Source: a virus (lineage: Duplodnaviria; Heunggongvirae; Uroviricota; Caudoviricetes). From it: a stretch of 64,000 nucleotides of DNA. Of this stretch, positions 9,247-19,854 are shown piece after piece. The stretch covers positions 67,297 through 131,296 of the IMG/VR virus record IMGVR_UViG_3300042906_000857. One strand, given 5' to 3'. Each line of letters begins with the position of its first letter. Position 1 is the stretch's first letter. The position numbers were made by a program, and so were the translations under genes. The notes beneath the pieces were generated by a model. That model did not search any database and was not told the origin of the DNA. It was given only the letters and a program-made list of their open reading frames with translations.

Positions 9247-10353
9247 TTATCTAATAATTTGAATCTCTTTTCCAGAAGTCCAAATCTCCAATTCGTCACG
9301 CAATCGACCTTCATTGTGGAGTGTAACATATCGGTTGACGGCTTTGTTTCTCCACCATTCAATCAAGTTTACCAGTTTGTGTTTTTCATAGTTTTCACCA
9401 GGAATAAGCACGTCCGTCTTACAAGTCACATAATCAACCATGTTTTTAAAACCATAGTCACTGATATAATATCTCTTTTGTTCTGTCAACCCTTTTGCCT
9501 TGAGAATCGTTGCTGAGAATGTGTCCCCTTCAGGAGTACCTTTAAGTGCAAGCTTGGTTAATGAAATAATCTTCATAGAGATTTTAAGTTTCTTACTAGA
9601 AGCATCATCCTCAACCAAAGGTCCAACTCTATCTTGCACATAATCACGTAAATCCGAATATGGTTTACCGTGCATCATAGGCAAAAAGTCACTGTCTGTC
9701 AAGCCTTTGTAACGAATATATGGTTTCATTCCGTCATATTGTGATACGGTCTTTGAACTGCCATACAAAGATGTTGTTTCAAAGAGACAAAGATTCATGC
9801 CATATTTCTTATTAACAATCTCACGTACCTCATGTGAGGTACAAATTGCAGCCAGTAGTTTGCCGCCGAGATAATTGTATCCAAATGGTTGTGCAGGAAC
9901 AATAACAAAACCCATCATTGCGGAATCATTGAATCGTTTACCCCATGCAGGTTGTTGTGTGAATACTTGGCCAAGTGTATCATTACGTGGTTTACAATTA
10001 ATCACTGGTGAACCCAAACGTATGAAACCAACAAACTTTCCAGTAGTAGTTTCTTTGACAGCCAAACGAATTTGGCGGCCAACAGGTGCAATATTAACGT
10101 GTGAACTGGTAATGTTCAACAAGTTGTTCCATGTTTCACCATCAATCTCACACACCTCAAAGTTCATGTCTTTTGGATGCATTGTGAAGTTACTGAATAA
10201 ATCTTCTTCCAGTGGAAACAAGGGATTACTCGGTAATTCTGAAAGTGAATTCAATTTCTGGTCACGCATGTATTCATCAATGCGGTCAAAGTTACCAAAG
10301 TAATCTTCAAAAGCATTGGCACAATGTACTGCGTCTTTAAATTCTAATTTCAT
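9247..10353 (-). CDS. DUF4338 / DruA-like protein (copy 1)
   Basis: GRQIRL, VIVPAQPFGYNYLGGKLLA, ETTSLYG. Confidence 0.7.
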   Translation of the reverse strand: MKLEFKDAVHCANAFEDYFGNFDRIDEYMRDQKLNSLSELPSNPLFPLEEDLFSNFTMHPKDMNFEVCEIDGETWNNLLNITSSHVNIAPVGRQIRLAVKETTTGKFVGFIRLGSPVINCKPRNDTLGQVFTQQPAWGKRFNDSAMMGFVIVPAQPFGYNYLGGKLLAAICTSHEVREIVNKKYGMNLCLFETTSLYGSSKTVSQYDGMKPYIRYKGLTDSDFLPMMHGKPYSDLRDYVQDRVGPLVEDDASSKKLKISMKIISLTKLALKGTPEGDTFSATILKAKGLTEQKRYYISDYGFKNMVDYVTCKTDVLIPGENYEKHKLVNLIEWWRNKAVNRYVTLHNEGRLRDELEIWTSGKEIQIIR

Positions 10354-11744
10354 ACTTTAAAGTCATTAAAAGATTTCTTTTGTGGTCGTTCACGTTCACC
10401 AAATGTATTCAGTGGTTTGTTTTGGCCAGCATCAACAATATCATTTTGTGCTGATTGTTCAACATCATATAATCTCATCTTTGCACGGTCAACACCAAGT
10501 GTGAATCTTTTATATAGTGTTGGATCATTATATCGATTCTTCAATTGCTTAACCATAATTTGACCAAGTTCTTCCAGTTCTTCGGAAGAAATCAAAGCAA
10601 ACATCAAATCTGCTGTCGCTGGCAAACCAAAAGACTCACTGGTATCTTCGAGTCCTGGGTCAGAACTTGAAAAACCGGATCTTGTGGTTTGAGTTGCAGA
10701 TACAATTGGTACTCCGAATTCAACTGCAAGGCCACGCAATTCTTCAGCAATGGCCTTGACGTAGGTGTAACTGTTAACATTGGCACCGGCTTTGATTCTG
10801 GACGAACAGCAAATATTAAGATAATCAATAAAGATAATATCAGGTACGAAAGACTTTTTAAGATTAAGTTCATTCAATAATGTCCTAAAGTGTGTGGCCG
10901 AAGCTGATGCAGTAGGATACTCTTTGATAATTAATTTGCCTACGGTTTTCTCACGTAGTTTTGCAATTTTCTTATCGTACATATCTTTAGGTAAGTTGAC
11001 CAGGTCATCAATCGTTACGTTCAAGAGGTTTGCATCAATACGTTCAGCAATTCTTTCTTCCGCCATTTCCATGGTGATATAGAGTACGTTCTTGCCTTGT
11101 ACCATACAACCGGCAGCAACGTGACACATGAACAATGATTTACCAACACCGGTACCTGCAAGAGCAATGTTAAGTGTCTTTGCAGGTAAACCACCTTTGG
11201 TAATCTTGTTGAAGAAATCTAAATCAAAAGGAATACGTTCTTCTTTTCTGTGGTAGAATTCATATCGTTCCTCAGCATTTTCCAAATAGTCATGGCCAAC
11301 AGAACTGTCAAAACTAATTGATAGTGCATCAGATAAGATTTTAGGTATTGAACCTTTGTCATTTACTTTATCTTTTCCATCAAGAATTGAGATAGAACCC
11401 AACACAGCATTATAGATTGCCTTTTCTTGGCAAAACTTTTCTGTCTTATCTACCAGCCATTCAATCTTGGAATGTTCATCTTTGGCTTTGACAATTTCTT
11501 TAATGCAAATGTCACAGCGTTCTAGTTCATCTTCTGTAAGATTACGTTTGTCTCTGACAGCCAATTCAATTGCTTCAATTGTTGGTGTCGAGTTATAAGT
11601 TTCAGTAAACGATGATATTTCGTTAAAAATTACTTTGTCGGTTCTGTCCGTGAAATACTCATCTTTAATGAAAGGTAGTACTTTACGTAAATATTCTTCA
11701 TTGTAAATCAGATTCTTGAGAATCGTTTGTTCCAGCCTCATCAA
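10350..11744 (-). CDS. gp41: Replicative DnaB-like helicase
   Basis: AGTGVGKS Walker A, IFIDYLN, ATQTTR, KNRY. Confidence 0.97.
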   Translation of the reverse strand: MMRLEQTILKNLIYNEEYLRKVLPFIKDEYFTDRTDKVIFNEISSFTETYNSTPTIEAIELAVRDKRNLTEDELERCDICIKEIVKAKDEHSKIEWLVDKTEKFCQEKAIYNAVLGSISILDGKDKVNDKGSIPKILSDALSISFDSSVGHDYLENAEERYEFYHRKEERIPFDLDFFNKITKGGLPAKTLNIALAGTGVGKSLFMCHVAAGCMVQGKNVLYITMEMAEERIAERIDANLLNVTIDDLVNLPKDMYDKKIAKLREKTVGKLIIKEYPTASASATHFRTLLNELNLKKSFVPDIIFIDYLNICCSSRIKAGANVNSYTYVKAIAEELRGLAVEFGVPIVSATQTTRSGFSSSDPGLEDTSESFGLPATADLMFALISSEELEELGQIMVKQLKNRYNDPTLYKRFTLGVDRAKMRLYDVEQSAQNDIVDAGQNKPLNTFGERERPQKKSFNDFKV

Positions 11745-12021
11745 TAATATCCTGTTCTATGTTACCCGACATAATTTCAACCAATAAATCACCCAAATAA
11801 TCTTTGAAGTCTATGTCCTTCTCCAACTTGGATGGTTTCTTAACTGTTGATTCTAACACATCATAAGCAAAAAGTAAATGCATTAACTCATCTTCTTCCT
11901 TAAATTTAACTTTACCATATTTGAAAATGGTATCTTTATAAGGACCTTCTAATAGTTTAATGTGTACCGTAGTCTTATCATCCTTGGGATAGATGAAACA
12001 GTAATCTAAACCTTCAATCAT
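11698..12021 (-). CDS. Conserved hypothetical protein at the gp40 syntenic position
   Basis: 107 aa between uvsX and gp41; no recognisable gp40 similarity. Confidence 0.55.
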   Translation of the reverse strand: MIEGLDYCFIYPKDDKTTVHIKLLEGPYKDTIFKYGKVKFKEEDELMHLLFAYDVLESTVKKPSKLEKDIDFKDYLGDLLVEIMSGNIEQDIIDEAGTNDSQESDLQ

Positions 12022-13098
12022 TTAAACACCATTCATAGTTGCAACGTCAAAAGTTTGGTCAATATCGGTTTCCATAATATTGCCTGCGGAGATGCAGTAC
12101 TTTTCTTCGATGAAATCCCTAAAGGATTTTTGTTTTAGAATTGGCATCCAGAATTCTTTAGTATCAGTTTCTTTGATACGATATTTTTTTTCTTGAACTT
12201 CACCAGTATCTACGTTACATTGAGAGTACCAACCATTTGTTGGTTTAACCACATGCTTGGATTCCAATGCAATGTCAAGTAAGCCAGACCAAGTGCTAAT
12301 ACCGCCATCATAAGATACAGTAACAGGTATTTTAGATTTTTCTTTAACATAACGGGATTTTTCTACGTTGATAATAAAATTATAACCAACGACTTCTGTA
12401 CCTTCTTTTTCTTGTTGACGGCCAATAATGAAAATATTATCGGCAGAATAATAACTTCCTGTACCACCACCAACGATGGCTTTCGGGAACATACCAATTT
12501 CCATATAAGTGTGATTCACCACAATCATTGGAATATCTTTCAGATTCAAGTGTGGTGTTACCATACGGAACAAAGATTTAACTTGTTTAGCACGAGACAT
12601 ATCAGCCACAGATTTTTCTGCTAAGGCATCTTCAACTTCTTTTTTGGATGCCAGATTACCAATCGAATCGATAATGATAATCAACTTATCACCACGTTCT
12701 AGGTTGGTCAATTGTGACATTACATCGAACTTCAATTGTTCAATGTCAGTAAGAGGAGTATGAAGAACACGATTAGTGTCAATGCCGAAGGAATCGAAAT
12801 AAGATTGAGGAGTGCCAAACTCAGAGTCATAAAACAAAAGTGCAGCTTCTGGATATTTGTCCAAGTAAGATTTTGCCATCAATAAAGAGAACGCTGTCTT
12901 AAAGTGTTTTGATGGACCTGCCCACATGGTAAGACCAGGAGTTAAGCCACCGTCTAACTTGCCTGAAAGTGCCACGTTGATAATTGGCACTGCTGTTGGA
13001 ATCATGTCTTTGGCATTGAAGAACTTTGATTTAGATAAAATAGCAGAGTCTTTGATACTACTATTCTTTTTGATTTTTTCCAATATACTCATATTCAT
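12022..13098 (-). CDS. uvsX: RecA-like recombinase
   Basis: AGPSKHFKT Walker A, YDSEFG, IDSIGNL. Confidence 0.97.
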   Translation of the reverse strand: MNMSILEKIKKNSSIKDSAILSKSKFFNAKDMIPTAVPIINVALSGKLDGGLTPGLTMWAGPSKHFKTAFSLLMAKSYLDKYPEAALLFYDSEFGTPQSYFDSFGIDTNRVLHTPLTDIEQLKFDVMSQLTNLERGDKLIIIIDSIGNLASKKEVEDALAEKSVADMSRAKQVKSLFRMVTPHLNLKDIPMIVVNHTYMEIGMFPKAIVGGGTGSYYSADNIFIIGRQQEKEGTEVVGYNFIINVEKSRYVKEKSKIPVTVSYDGGISTWSGLLDIALESKHVVKPTNGWYSQCNVDTGEVQEKKYRIKETDTKEFWMPILKQKSFRDFIEEKYCISAGNIMETDIDQTFDVATMNGV

Positions 13099-13101
13099 CC
13101 T

Positions 13102-14130
13102 TTAAAATTTACCACCATCCATATCACGTTTTTCTCTAAACGAATATGATGCATCATAGTCATACTTAGGTTCCAGTTTTTTGTGTTGTTCATTACTTTT
13201 ACCTATTGGTGGTATAGACTCACCACTCATACCATCGATAACAATATTGTCTATGTTTTCTTTATCAATTTCTACTGTATCTTTCTTAATAACAACTTCT
13301 TCCTTCACTTCCTTTTTTTCTGGAACAGGTTCAACTGGTTTATCAATTGGCCAAATTTGTTCTTTGGAAATAAACACTTTCTTCGGTGAATTCATCAATG
13401 ACATATTAGCAGCAATCAATAACAAAATTGCCAACGGATCAAACACAACAATGATTAACAAAATAACCAATCGCACCGCTCTATCTACAAATTCCGAATC
13501 TGACTTTTCATCATAGACCAATGCTGCAATGTATTTTATTGGTCCAATATCAGCCTCTACCTTTTTGAACTCATTAGATATAGGTGAACGTTCTTCGGAG
13601 TACTTAGCAAGAACTTCCTGTGACTGTTTAATTTCTTGCAATATTCTAATACGGTCTTTCTGTTGGGAACGGCGAATTGCTTGCGCTTTATCGGTACCCT
13701 TTTCATCCGTTGTTCGACCCATCGTTTGGTCCACAACTTCATCATACTGTTTAATTGCCTTACGATTAACATCAATGTTCTCCTTCTCGGTCTTTATTCT
13801 TTCATCCAATACTGCAAGTCTTTCAACTAACGGTGCATTATCAACAGAATGTTCCAAGTGTGCCTTGGACAAGTAACCAAATATACCCATCGAGGTAATC
13901 AACATCAAAATTATTGTTGCTATGGACAAATAAGATTTCATAAAGAATGGTGATGTTGTCCAGTTACGATACAACCAAGACACGGTCACCAGTTTTGCTA
14001 AACCTAAAGTTCCACCCATCAACACCACTGGCCAAAATGCACCAGGGAAAATTGTTGCCAGTCCAACCACAGAGTAATATTCAGCAACTACTGATAATGC
14101 AATTGCAGTAAAGAAGGTTAAAAATATCAT
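13102..14130 (-). CDS. Membrane protein with coiled coil, conserved in T4-like phages
   Basis: Three N-terminal TM helices, coiled coil, VVFDPLAILLL TM segment. Confidence 0.65.
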   Translation of the reverse strand: MIFLTFFTAIALSVVAEYYSVVGLATIFPGAFWPVVLMGGTLGLAKLVTVSWLYRNWTTSPFFMKSYLSIATIILMLITSMGIFGYLSKAHLEHSVDNAPLVERLAVLDERIKTEKENIDVNRKAIKQYDEVVDQTMGRTTDEKGTDKAQAIRRSQQKDRIRILQEIKQSQEVLAKYSEERSPISNEFKKVEADIGPIKYIAALVYDEKSDSEFVDRAVRLVILLIIVVFDPLAILLLIAANMSLMNSPKKVFISKEQIWPIDKPVEPVPEKKEVKEEVVIKKDTVEIDKENIDNIVIDGMSGESIPPIGKSNEQHKKLEPKYDYDASYSFREKRDMDGGKF

Positions 14131-16673
14131 CCAAAAAAGTCCTCAAGAGAATTAGTCTTTTCGATTTTCCATTTCATACAGTTTAGAATTACACGAATTG
14201 GTTCTACGAAAGATTTATCGAATTGTACATCATAATCTATGTAGTTGTCAAGCCCAAACTCTTTAGGAATCCTAGAAGGGAAAGAAATAACGGTATCTTT
14301 GAAGTGATTTGGCATCTTCAAATAGGCAAACTTAATCTTTTCACCTTCTTGGATTATCTGGTACTTCTTTTCAAGTCCCATTGCTTTTAAGTGGTGATTA
14401 TAAAGTATGGCACCTTTCACATGAATTGGTGTACCTTTTTTGTACATCATTACCGAATCTGAATATGTGCTAAGCCCATTCAATCCACGAGGGAAAGAAA
14501 TTTCTTCTGGTGGTAACTTCTTAAATTCTTCTCTGAAATCACTAATAAACTTCTGTACATCATTCTCGGTACCAGTCATCATCAACTTAATAACCTGTTT
14601 CATCTTCTCACGAATAGCAGAAGGTGTGGATGATTTAATCATTTCCAAACCCATGACTTTCATGTGAGGTTCAGCATACTGAACACCTTCGTTATTATAC
14701 ACATTTAGAATGTATCGTTTCTTGGCAGTCCACACACCTTTGTCCGAAAGACCTTCACGTTTCATTTGCATCTTTTGGTCATATGCATGTACATATTCGG
14801 CAAGTTCTTCATAAGACTTATCGATGTATGGTTGAATCTTATCTTCACACACACGGTCCATAAACTCAATAATCTTTTGTTTAGGCATACCGATTTGGCC
14901 ATCAACACCATAAACTTTATCAACCAGTTCACCAAGGCGCAAATAGATAGAATCGGTATCTGATGCAATAACATAATCAGCTTCAGTGCCGAGAAGTTTA
15001 TTCATGTAAGCATTAATCTTCGCCTCAATCCATCGAATGGATAACTGACCAGCAGAAGTAACACCCAATGCCATACGTAGGTCATAGAATCTAAAATACT
15101 GAGAACCAAGAGCACCATAAGCAGAGTTAAGTGAAACCTTCTTCGCCAATTGCAAGTTATTAAATCGAGCTACTCGTTTTTCAATCTCATATTTTTTAGA
15201 ATCATCTTTTTCATCTTCGTATTCCTGTTGTGCTTTCAACATCAACTTCTTAAACTTTTTACGATCTTCGTACATTTCAACCATCATGTTTGGAAGAAAG
15301 CCTTGAATGTCTGTGCGAAAGAATTGACCGTTCGGTGTTAGTGTAACGTTTTCTAGTTTGGATGTATCAACAGATTTTGATAACATCTTATCAACAGAAA
15401 CACCAGAAGAAATGATTTCACGCATTTCAGGTGTATAGTTTTGAGGTTCAATTAGTGTCTCAGGTGAAACATTATATTGCATCATCAAATGTGGATATAG
15501 ACTGTTCAAGTCGAAACTGGCAACCCAATGATGTAAACCTGTTTGCACCTCTTTAACATATGCGCCTTCGAATGCTGCGTCTTTGTCCTGTACGTCACGA
15601 GGTGGTACAATAATGTTCTTGTTCAATAAATGGTTATATGTCAGTGCATCCCACATACGTGTTTGTGCAAATACATCTTCGTAATTACATTTGGTATCGT
15701 ATGCAAGAGTTAAAGCCAATTCAATCAACTTCAACTTATCTTCCAGCTTCAGAATCAACTTAACGTCTTTAATGTTGTATTCAATAAACTTCTGATAGTT
15801 TAAACGATACAAGGCATGAAGGTTATCATATTCATCATATGAAATCTTACCTTCACCAAGTTCAACTTGAGCAATATTATCCAAACGATAGGATTCTTGT
15901 GACTTACCACCTGGTGCATACCATTTGTATAATTCAATATAGTCAAGTGATTCAACACCAACAAGTGAGTATGCAATTAACATACGACCATTGATATTGG
16001 TTTTGCGTTCTGAGATATATTTCCACGGAGATAAATTTCTAGCTTCATCTTCACCTAGAATCTTACGAAAACGATTCACCAAATATGGAATATCAAAGAA
16101 CTTAGTATTCCAACCGGTAATCACATCAGGACATTTTGCCATCCAGAGTTGTAAGAACTTTTTACATAAAGACCATTCATCTTTACATTTGACATACATC
16201 TCATCACCTTGCGTCACATAGTCACCACAACCAAACACATAAGTTTGGCCATTGGTGTATGTTATAGCAATTGCAGTGATAGGTTCATTTGCAAGATAAG
16301 GATCAGGGAAACCATTTTCTGAACCAACCTCAATATCGACAATGCCAATTAAAATCTTTTCTTGGTCCCAGTCAACCATCTTTTTGTGTTGATCGGCAAT
16401 GAATGCATATTCATATCTGGTGTTGCCATAGATTTTAACTCCACCTTGTACATTCGCAAACTGCTTAACGTAATCTCTTGCCTCGTGAATACCATCGAAT
16501 GTCTTTTTGTCGAGGTACTGGCCATTCAAAGTTTTGTAATTGGTTTCACGCTTTGATGGAATGTATAAAGACGGATCATAATCAATCCGTTGTTTAATTC
16601 TTTTACCATCCATCACACCACGGTAAAGAATCTTACCGCCGATACTCTGAACGTTTGTGTAGAAATTTGCCAT
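14127..16673 (-). CDS. gp43: Family B DNA polymerase
   Basis: DIEV exonuclease motif, FDLNSLYP, KVSLNSAYG, SDTDS, KKRY; no intein or intron seen. Confidence 0.98.
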   Translation of the reverse strand: MANFYTNVQSIGGKILYRGVMDGKRIKQRIDYDPSLYIPSKRETNYKTLNGQYLDKKTFDGIHEARDYVKQFANVQGGVKIYGNTRYEYAFIADQHKKMVDWDQEKILIGIVDIEVGSENGFPDPYLANEPITAIAITYTNGQTYVFGCGDYVTQGDEMYVKCKDEWSLCKKFLQLWMAKCPDVITGWNTKFFDIPYLVNRFRKILGEDEARNLSPWKYISERKTNINGRMLIAYSLVGVESLDYIELYKWYAPGGKSQESYRLDNIAQVELGEGKISYDEYDNLHALYRLNYQKFIEYNIKDVKLILKLEDKLKLIELALTLAYDTKCNYEDVFAQTRMWDALTYNHLLNKNIIVPPRDVQDKDAAFEGAYVKEVQTGLHHWVASFDLNSLYPHLMMQYNVSPETLIEPQNYTPEMREIISSGVSVDKMLSKSVDTSKLENVTLTPNGQFFRTDIQGFLPNMMVEMYEDRKKFKKLMLKAQQEYEDEKDDSKKYEIEKRVARFNNLQLAKKVSLNSAYGALGSQYFRFYDLRMALGVTSAGQLSIRWIEAKINAYMNKLLGTEADYVIASDTDSIYLRLGELVDKVYGVDGQIGMPKQKIIEFMDRVCEDKIQPYIDKSYEELAEYVHAYDQKMQMKREGLSDKGVWTAKKRYILNVYNNEGVQYAEPHMKVMGLEMIKSSTPSAIREKMKQVIKLMMTGTENDVQKFISDFREEFKKLPPEEISFPRGLNGLSTYSDSVMMYKKGTPIHVKGAILYNHHLKAMGLEKKYQIIQEGEKIKFAYLKMPNHFKDTVISFPSRIPKEFGLDNYIDYDVQFDKSFVEPIRVILNCMKWKIEKTNSLEDFFG

Positions 16674-16981
16674 TAACCTGTGATAATTTGTGTTGAAGGT
16701 AATACGATACCTGAACCGAAAATTTGTTTGTAGTTACTAATAAAATCTTCAGCGGGAACATAGGAGTATACAACATGTTTCTTAGCAATTACAAGCTCTT
16801 GATCCGTTTTTTGTTCAGCGTGTAGTGGGAATGGTGCAAAACCTACGTTAGGTTGTCCGTCTTTGCCACGTACCACAGCAATACCAACAGTGTTCATTAA
16901 AATTAAAGATGTTTCATCCTCACCAACTTTTTCGGCAAGAACATCTTCACCAGTAATTAATTTAATTGCAATAATATCCAT
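16673..16981 (-). CDS. Small Sm-like-fold hypothetical protein
   Basis: IIAIKLITGEDVLAE beta pattern; AGGAG SD upstream. Confidence 0.5.
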   Translation of the reverse strand: MDIIAIKLITGEDVLAEKVGEDETSLILMNTVGIAVVRGKDGQPNVGFAPFPLHAEQKTDQELVIAKKHVVYSYVPAEDFISNYKQIFGSGIVLPSTQIITG

Positions 16982-17010
16982 TTTTTTTATCTCCTAATGT
17001 TTACAGAATA

Positions 17011-17018
17011 CATAAATA
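17011..17018 (+). promoter_or_regulatory. Late-type promoter (CATAAATA) for the plus-strand island
   Basis: The same CATAAATA variant precedes gp3, gp18 and gp13 on the minus strand. Confidence 0.5.
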
Positions 17019-17073
17019 CATATATGGTCGAAATTTTGACACCAAGTTCATCGACCATCAACGTTACACCGTT

Positions 17074-17102
17074 ATTATACATCATGCAGTAATAAAAGGC
17101 AA
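17074..17102 (-). promoter_or_regulatory. sigma70-type promoter for the gp43 operon
   Basis: TTGCCT-17-TATAAT. Confidence 0.65.
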
Positions 17103-17135
17103 CAAGCTAATTAGGCAAATTTAAAAGGAATAAAA

Positions 17136-17603
17136 ATGTTCAAAAAGTTACCAGTGTTGGTTCTTTTTGTTATGGTTTCATCATCAGTGGTCGCACAATC
17201 CGACCCTATCGTAACTGATTCGACTTCTAAAAGTTCAGTAACCTCCACTAGTGAGACTACTGTAAAATCACCACCACCTTCAGCAATTGCTCCAGGTATC
17301 ACTGTAATCAACAACGATGTTTGTGCTGTGGCTGCTTCTGGCGCTGTACAAACACAAATCCTAGGCATCTCCGTAGGCGGAACTGCAAGAGATTACAATT
17401 GTGAACGTATTAAGTTATCCAAAAACCTGTATGATATGGGTATGAAGGTTGCTGCGGTTGCTTCACTTTGCCAAGACCGTAGGGTTTTTGATGCAATGAT
17501 GAATGCTGGCACACCTTGTCCTGTTGATGGCAAGATTGGTTCTGAAGCCAAAGTGGTTTGGGAATCCGACCCATCACGTATACCTAAACCCGTTAAAGAA
17601 TGA
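17136..17603 (+). CDS. Secreted Cys-containing hypothetical protein
   Basis: Signal peptide (MFKKLPVLVLFVMVSSSVVA), conserved-looking Cys positions. Confidence 0.7.
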   Translation: MFKKLPVLVLFVMVSSSVVAQSDPIVTDSTSKSSVTSTSETTVKSPPPSAIAPGITVINNDVCAVAASGAVQTQILGISVGGTARDYNCERIKLSKNLYDMGMKVAAVASLCQDRRVFDAMMNAGTPCPVDGKIGSEAKVVWESDPSRIPKPVKE

Positions 17604-19288
17604 AAACAACACTAGCCTTTGTGCTGGTGATGTTTTCTTTATTATGTAACGCACAAAATGTAACAGGAAATCTGGTAACGGATCCTAACTTTACCAACAC
17701 AACTGGTTGGACTGTCACGGGCCATGGATCCAATACTAGTCATCCTGTTGTGGGACCAGGTCAATATTCATTTGGAACACAAGGCTCTATTGCTCAATCT
17801 ATTGCTATCAATAACGCATTGTCTGGTAGTGGAATTTCTGTAACGGGTATTCAGTACGGTTGGAGATTTGCTTTATACTGTAACAATCCTGTGGGTGGTA
17901 ACTCTAACACATGCCAATCAGGCACCGGTGCATCAGATACATTGACCGCAAACGTAAATGTTACCAATAGTAGTGGTGGAACTATATTTGATAGAACACA
18001 TAACTATAACACAAGATTGTGGGCGTGGGTTAATGAAGCACAAGATGTAAACTTCACCTCAACTCCTTTGGCGTCAATGGGTCATATCAACATGACATTT
18101 ACTGGTACTGATGGTGGTGCGTCAACAGGTGATCCATACATGGGACCATCAATAAGTTCAGTGTATGCTAGACTGAAGTATGGTGTAGAAACAGTTGATC
18201 CTTGTATAACAGATGCTTTGAGTTCTCCATCATGTCCCGGTTATCAACAAGCATACACCAACCAACAGTGCGCTTCAAATCCTCTTTATTCAACATCTTG
18301 TTCCGGTTATGCAATAGCATATAAGACACAACAATGTTCAGTAAACCCACTATACGCAACTGATTGTCCTGGTTATGCAACAGCCTACAAGTCACAACAA
18401 TGTTCTATAAGTCCTTTATATGCCACTGATTGTCCAGGATATGCAGAATCATATAAGACACAGCAGTGTTATGTGAGTGCTTTGTATGCAACAGATTGTC
18501 CTGGTTATGCAATTGCATATCACGACCAACAATGTTCTATAAACGCTTTGTATGCAACTGATTGTCCTGGTTATGCTGATGCTTATCTGAAATCACAATG
18601 TATCAAAGATTCGTTGTATAGTACTCAGTGTGAAGGATACAAGACTGCATATGCTATTAAGTATCTGGTCAATTTAAGTCCGGCTGTAACGAGTGCTGTT
18701 AACCAACAATTAACCACGACTGTTGAGATACAGAAAGCTGATCCAACTAACGTTGTATCAGCAACAGGTGATTCAACCGTTGATTCTGTTGTATCAGCAC
18801 CTTCAACGACCTCTGTAACATCAACAACATCCCCAACGAGTGTAACTGCTCCAAAGGAAAATTCAGCAGCCAACTCAACAACTAATCCACCAGCACTTCC
18901 ACCACCAGCAGCTAACAAACAGGATGACAAACAAGAGAAGAAAACAGATTCTCAAATGGCTTCTATGGAAAAGAAATCTGGTGGCAACAAAGAAAATGCT
19001 AAGAAGGAAGCTGGCGAAAAGGGTAAACAACTTGCCAATGAGATTGCATCAGCCACAAGTATTGAACAACAACAAGCGATTCAAGGTTCTCTGGTTGGTG
19101 TAATGAATTTTGTTCCAGGTTTTTCATCGTATAGTACTGCGTTGATACCTGATATAAACGGTTTAAAAATGGCCAAACAATATAATAAGCCTGTGATTGA
19201 TAATTTATCAGCTCAGAGAAGAATGAGTGGTGCTAGTGATTCAAAATGGCAAGAAATGGTAGATTCACAATTCAACTTAGGAAAATAA
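17600..19288 (+). CDS. Secreted protein with seven 22-aa Cys-rich repeats and a Ser/Thr-rich linker
   Basis: Signal peptide; QQCSxxxLYATDCPGYAxAY repeats. Confidence 0.75.
   Translation: MKTTLAFVLVMFSLLCNAQNVTGNLVTDPNFTNTTGWTVTGHGSNTSHPVVGPGQYSFGTQGSIAQSIAINNALSGSGISVTGIQYGWRFALYCNNPVGGNSNTCQSGTGASDTLTANVNVTNSSGGTIFDRTHNYNTRLWAWVNEAQDVNFTSTPLASMGHINMTFTGTDGGASTGDPYMGPSISSVYARLKYGVETVDPCITDALSSPSCPGYQQAYTNQQCASNPLYSTSCSGYAIAYKTQQCSVNPLYATDCPGYATAYKSQQCSISPLYATDCPGYAESYKTQQCYVSALYATDCPGYAIAYHDQQCSINALYATDCPGYADAYLKSQCIKDSLYSTQCEGYKTAYAIKYLVNLSPAVTSAVNQQLTTTVEIQKADPTNVVSATGDSTVDSVVSAPSTTSVTSTTSPTSVTAPKENSAANSTTNPPALPPPAANKQDDKQEKKTDSQMASMEKKSGGNKENAKKEAGEKGKQLANEIASATSIEQQQAIQGSLVGVMNFVPGFSSYSTALIPDINGLKMAKQYNKPVIDNLSAQRRMSGASDSKWQEMVDSQFNLGK
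18197..18658 (+). repeat. Coding tandem repeat, 7 x 66 bp
   Basis: Recurrent tgattgtcc(t/a)gg(t/a)tatgc at 66-nt period. Confidence 0.85.
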
Positions 19289-19289
19289 A

Positions 19290-19853
19290 ATGTCAGAAGA
19301 AATCAAAGATGTTAATGCTAAAATTGACGAAGCAGAAGCAGCAGTTAAGAAATATGCAAGTAAAGATACAGTCATCAGTATTGGTGGTTATGAATTTACA
19401 CCAGCCAAATTGATGGTTGCGTTTACTCTTGCATCTTCATTGTTAGGTGGTTTATATGGTGCGTTTGAGGTCTATAAAGACTATCAAGGCATGAAGAAAC
19501 GTATTGCTGAATATGTGGCACCAGACTTAACGGTGTTTGATAAACGTTTGGCTGTCATTGAAGAAAACTCAGGTAAGACTGCCGATTACACCCGTGATAT
19601 CAAGAATGATTTAAAAAGTGATATTCGTAGAGTTGAGGGTGTGGTTGAAGGTGTTGAACGTGGTTCAAAACAAGCTCAACGTGAAAATGAAAATGAAATC
19701 AAGTCATTGCGTGTTGATGTTCGTACAAACCTAGACAAGAGCCGTGATGAGATGGACAAAACCAAACAAGTTATAGATGGTAAGATGGATAAGTTGTCTC
19801 GTGAGATGGATAGCAAGATTAAGCAAGCGTTAGATAACCCACTATCAAAGTGA
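19290..19853 (+). CDS. Single-pass membrane protein with coiled coil
   Basis: TM LMVAFTLASSLLGGLYGAF followed by a charged helical region. Confidence 0.65.
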   Translation: MSEEIKDVNAKIDEAEAAVKKYASKDTVISIGGYEFTPAKLMVAFTLASSLLGGLYGAFEVYKDYQGMKKRIAEYVAPDLTVFDKRLAVIEENSGKTADYTRDIKNDLKSDIRRVEGVVEGVERGSKQAQRENENEIKSLRVDVRTNLDKSRDEMDKTKQVIDGKMDKLSREMDSKIKQALDNPLSK

Positions 19854-19854
19854 C

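Noticed and set aside
11698-12021. Calling this gene gp40
   Set aside because: Syntenic only; no recognisable sequence similarity.
18197-18658. 66-bp periodic repeat as a possible CRISPR array
   Set aside because: In-frame coding repeat with synonymous variation and no unique spacers; no cas genes in the window.
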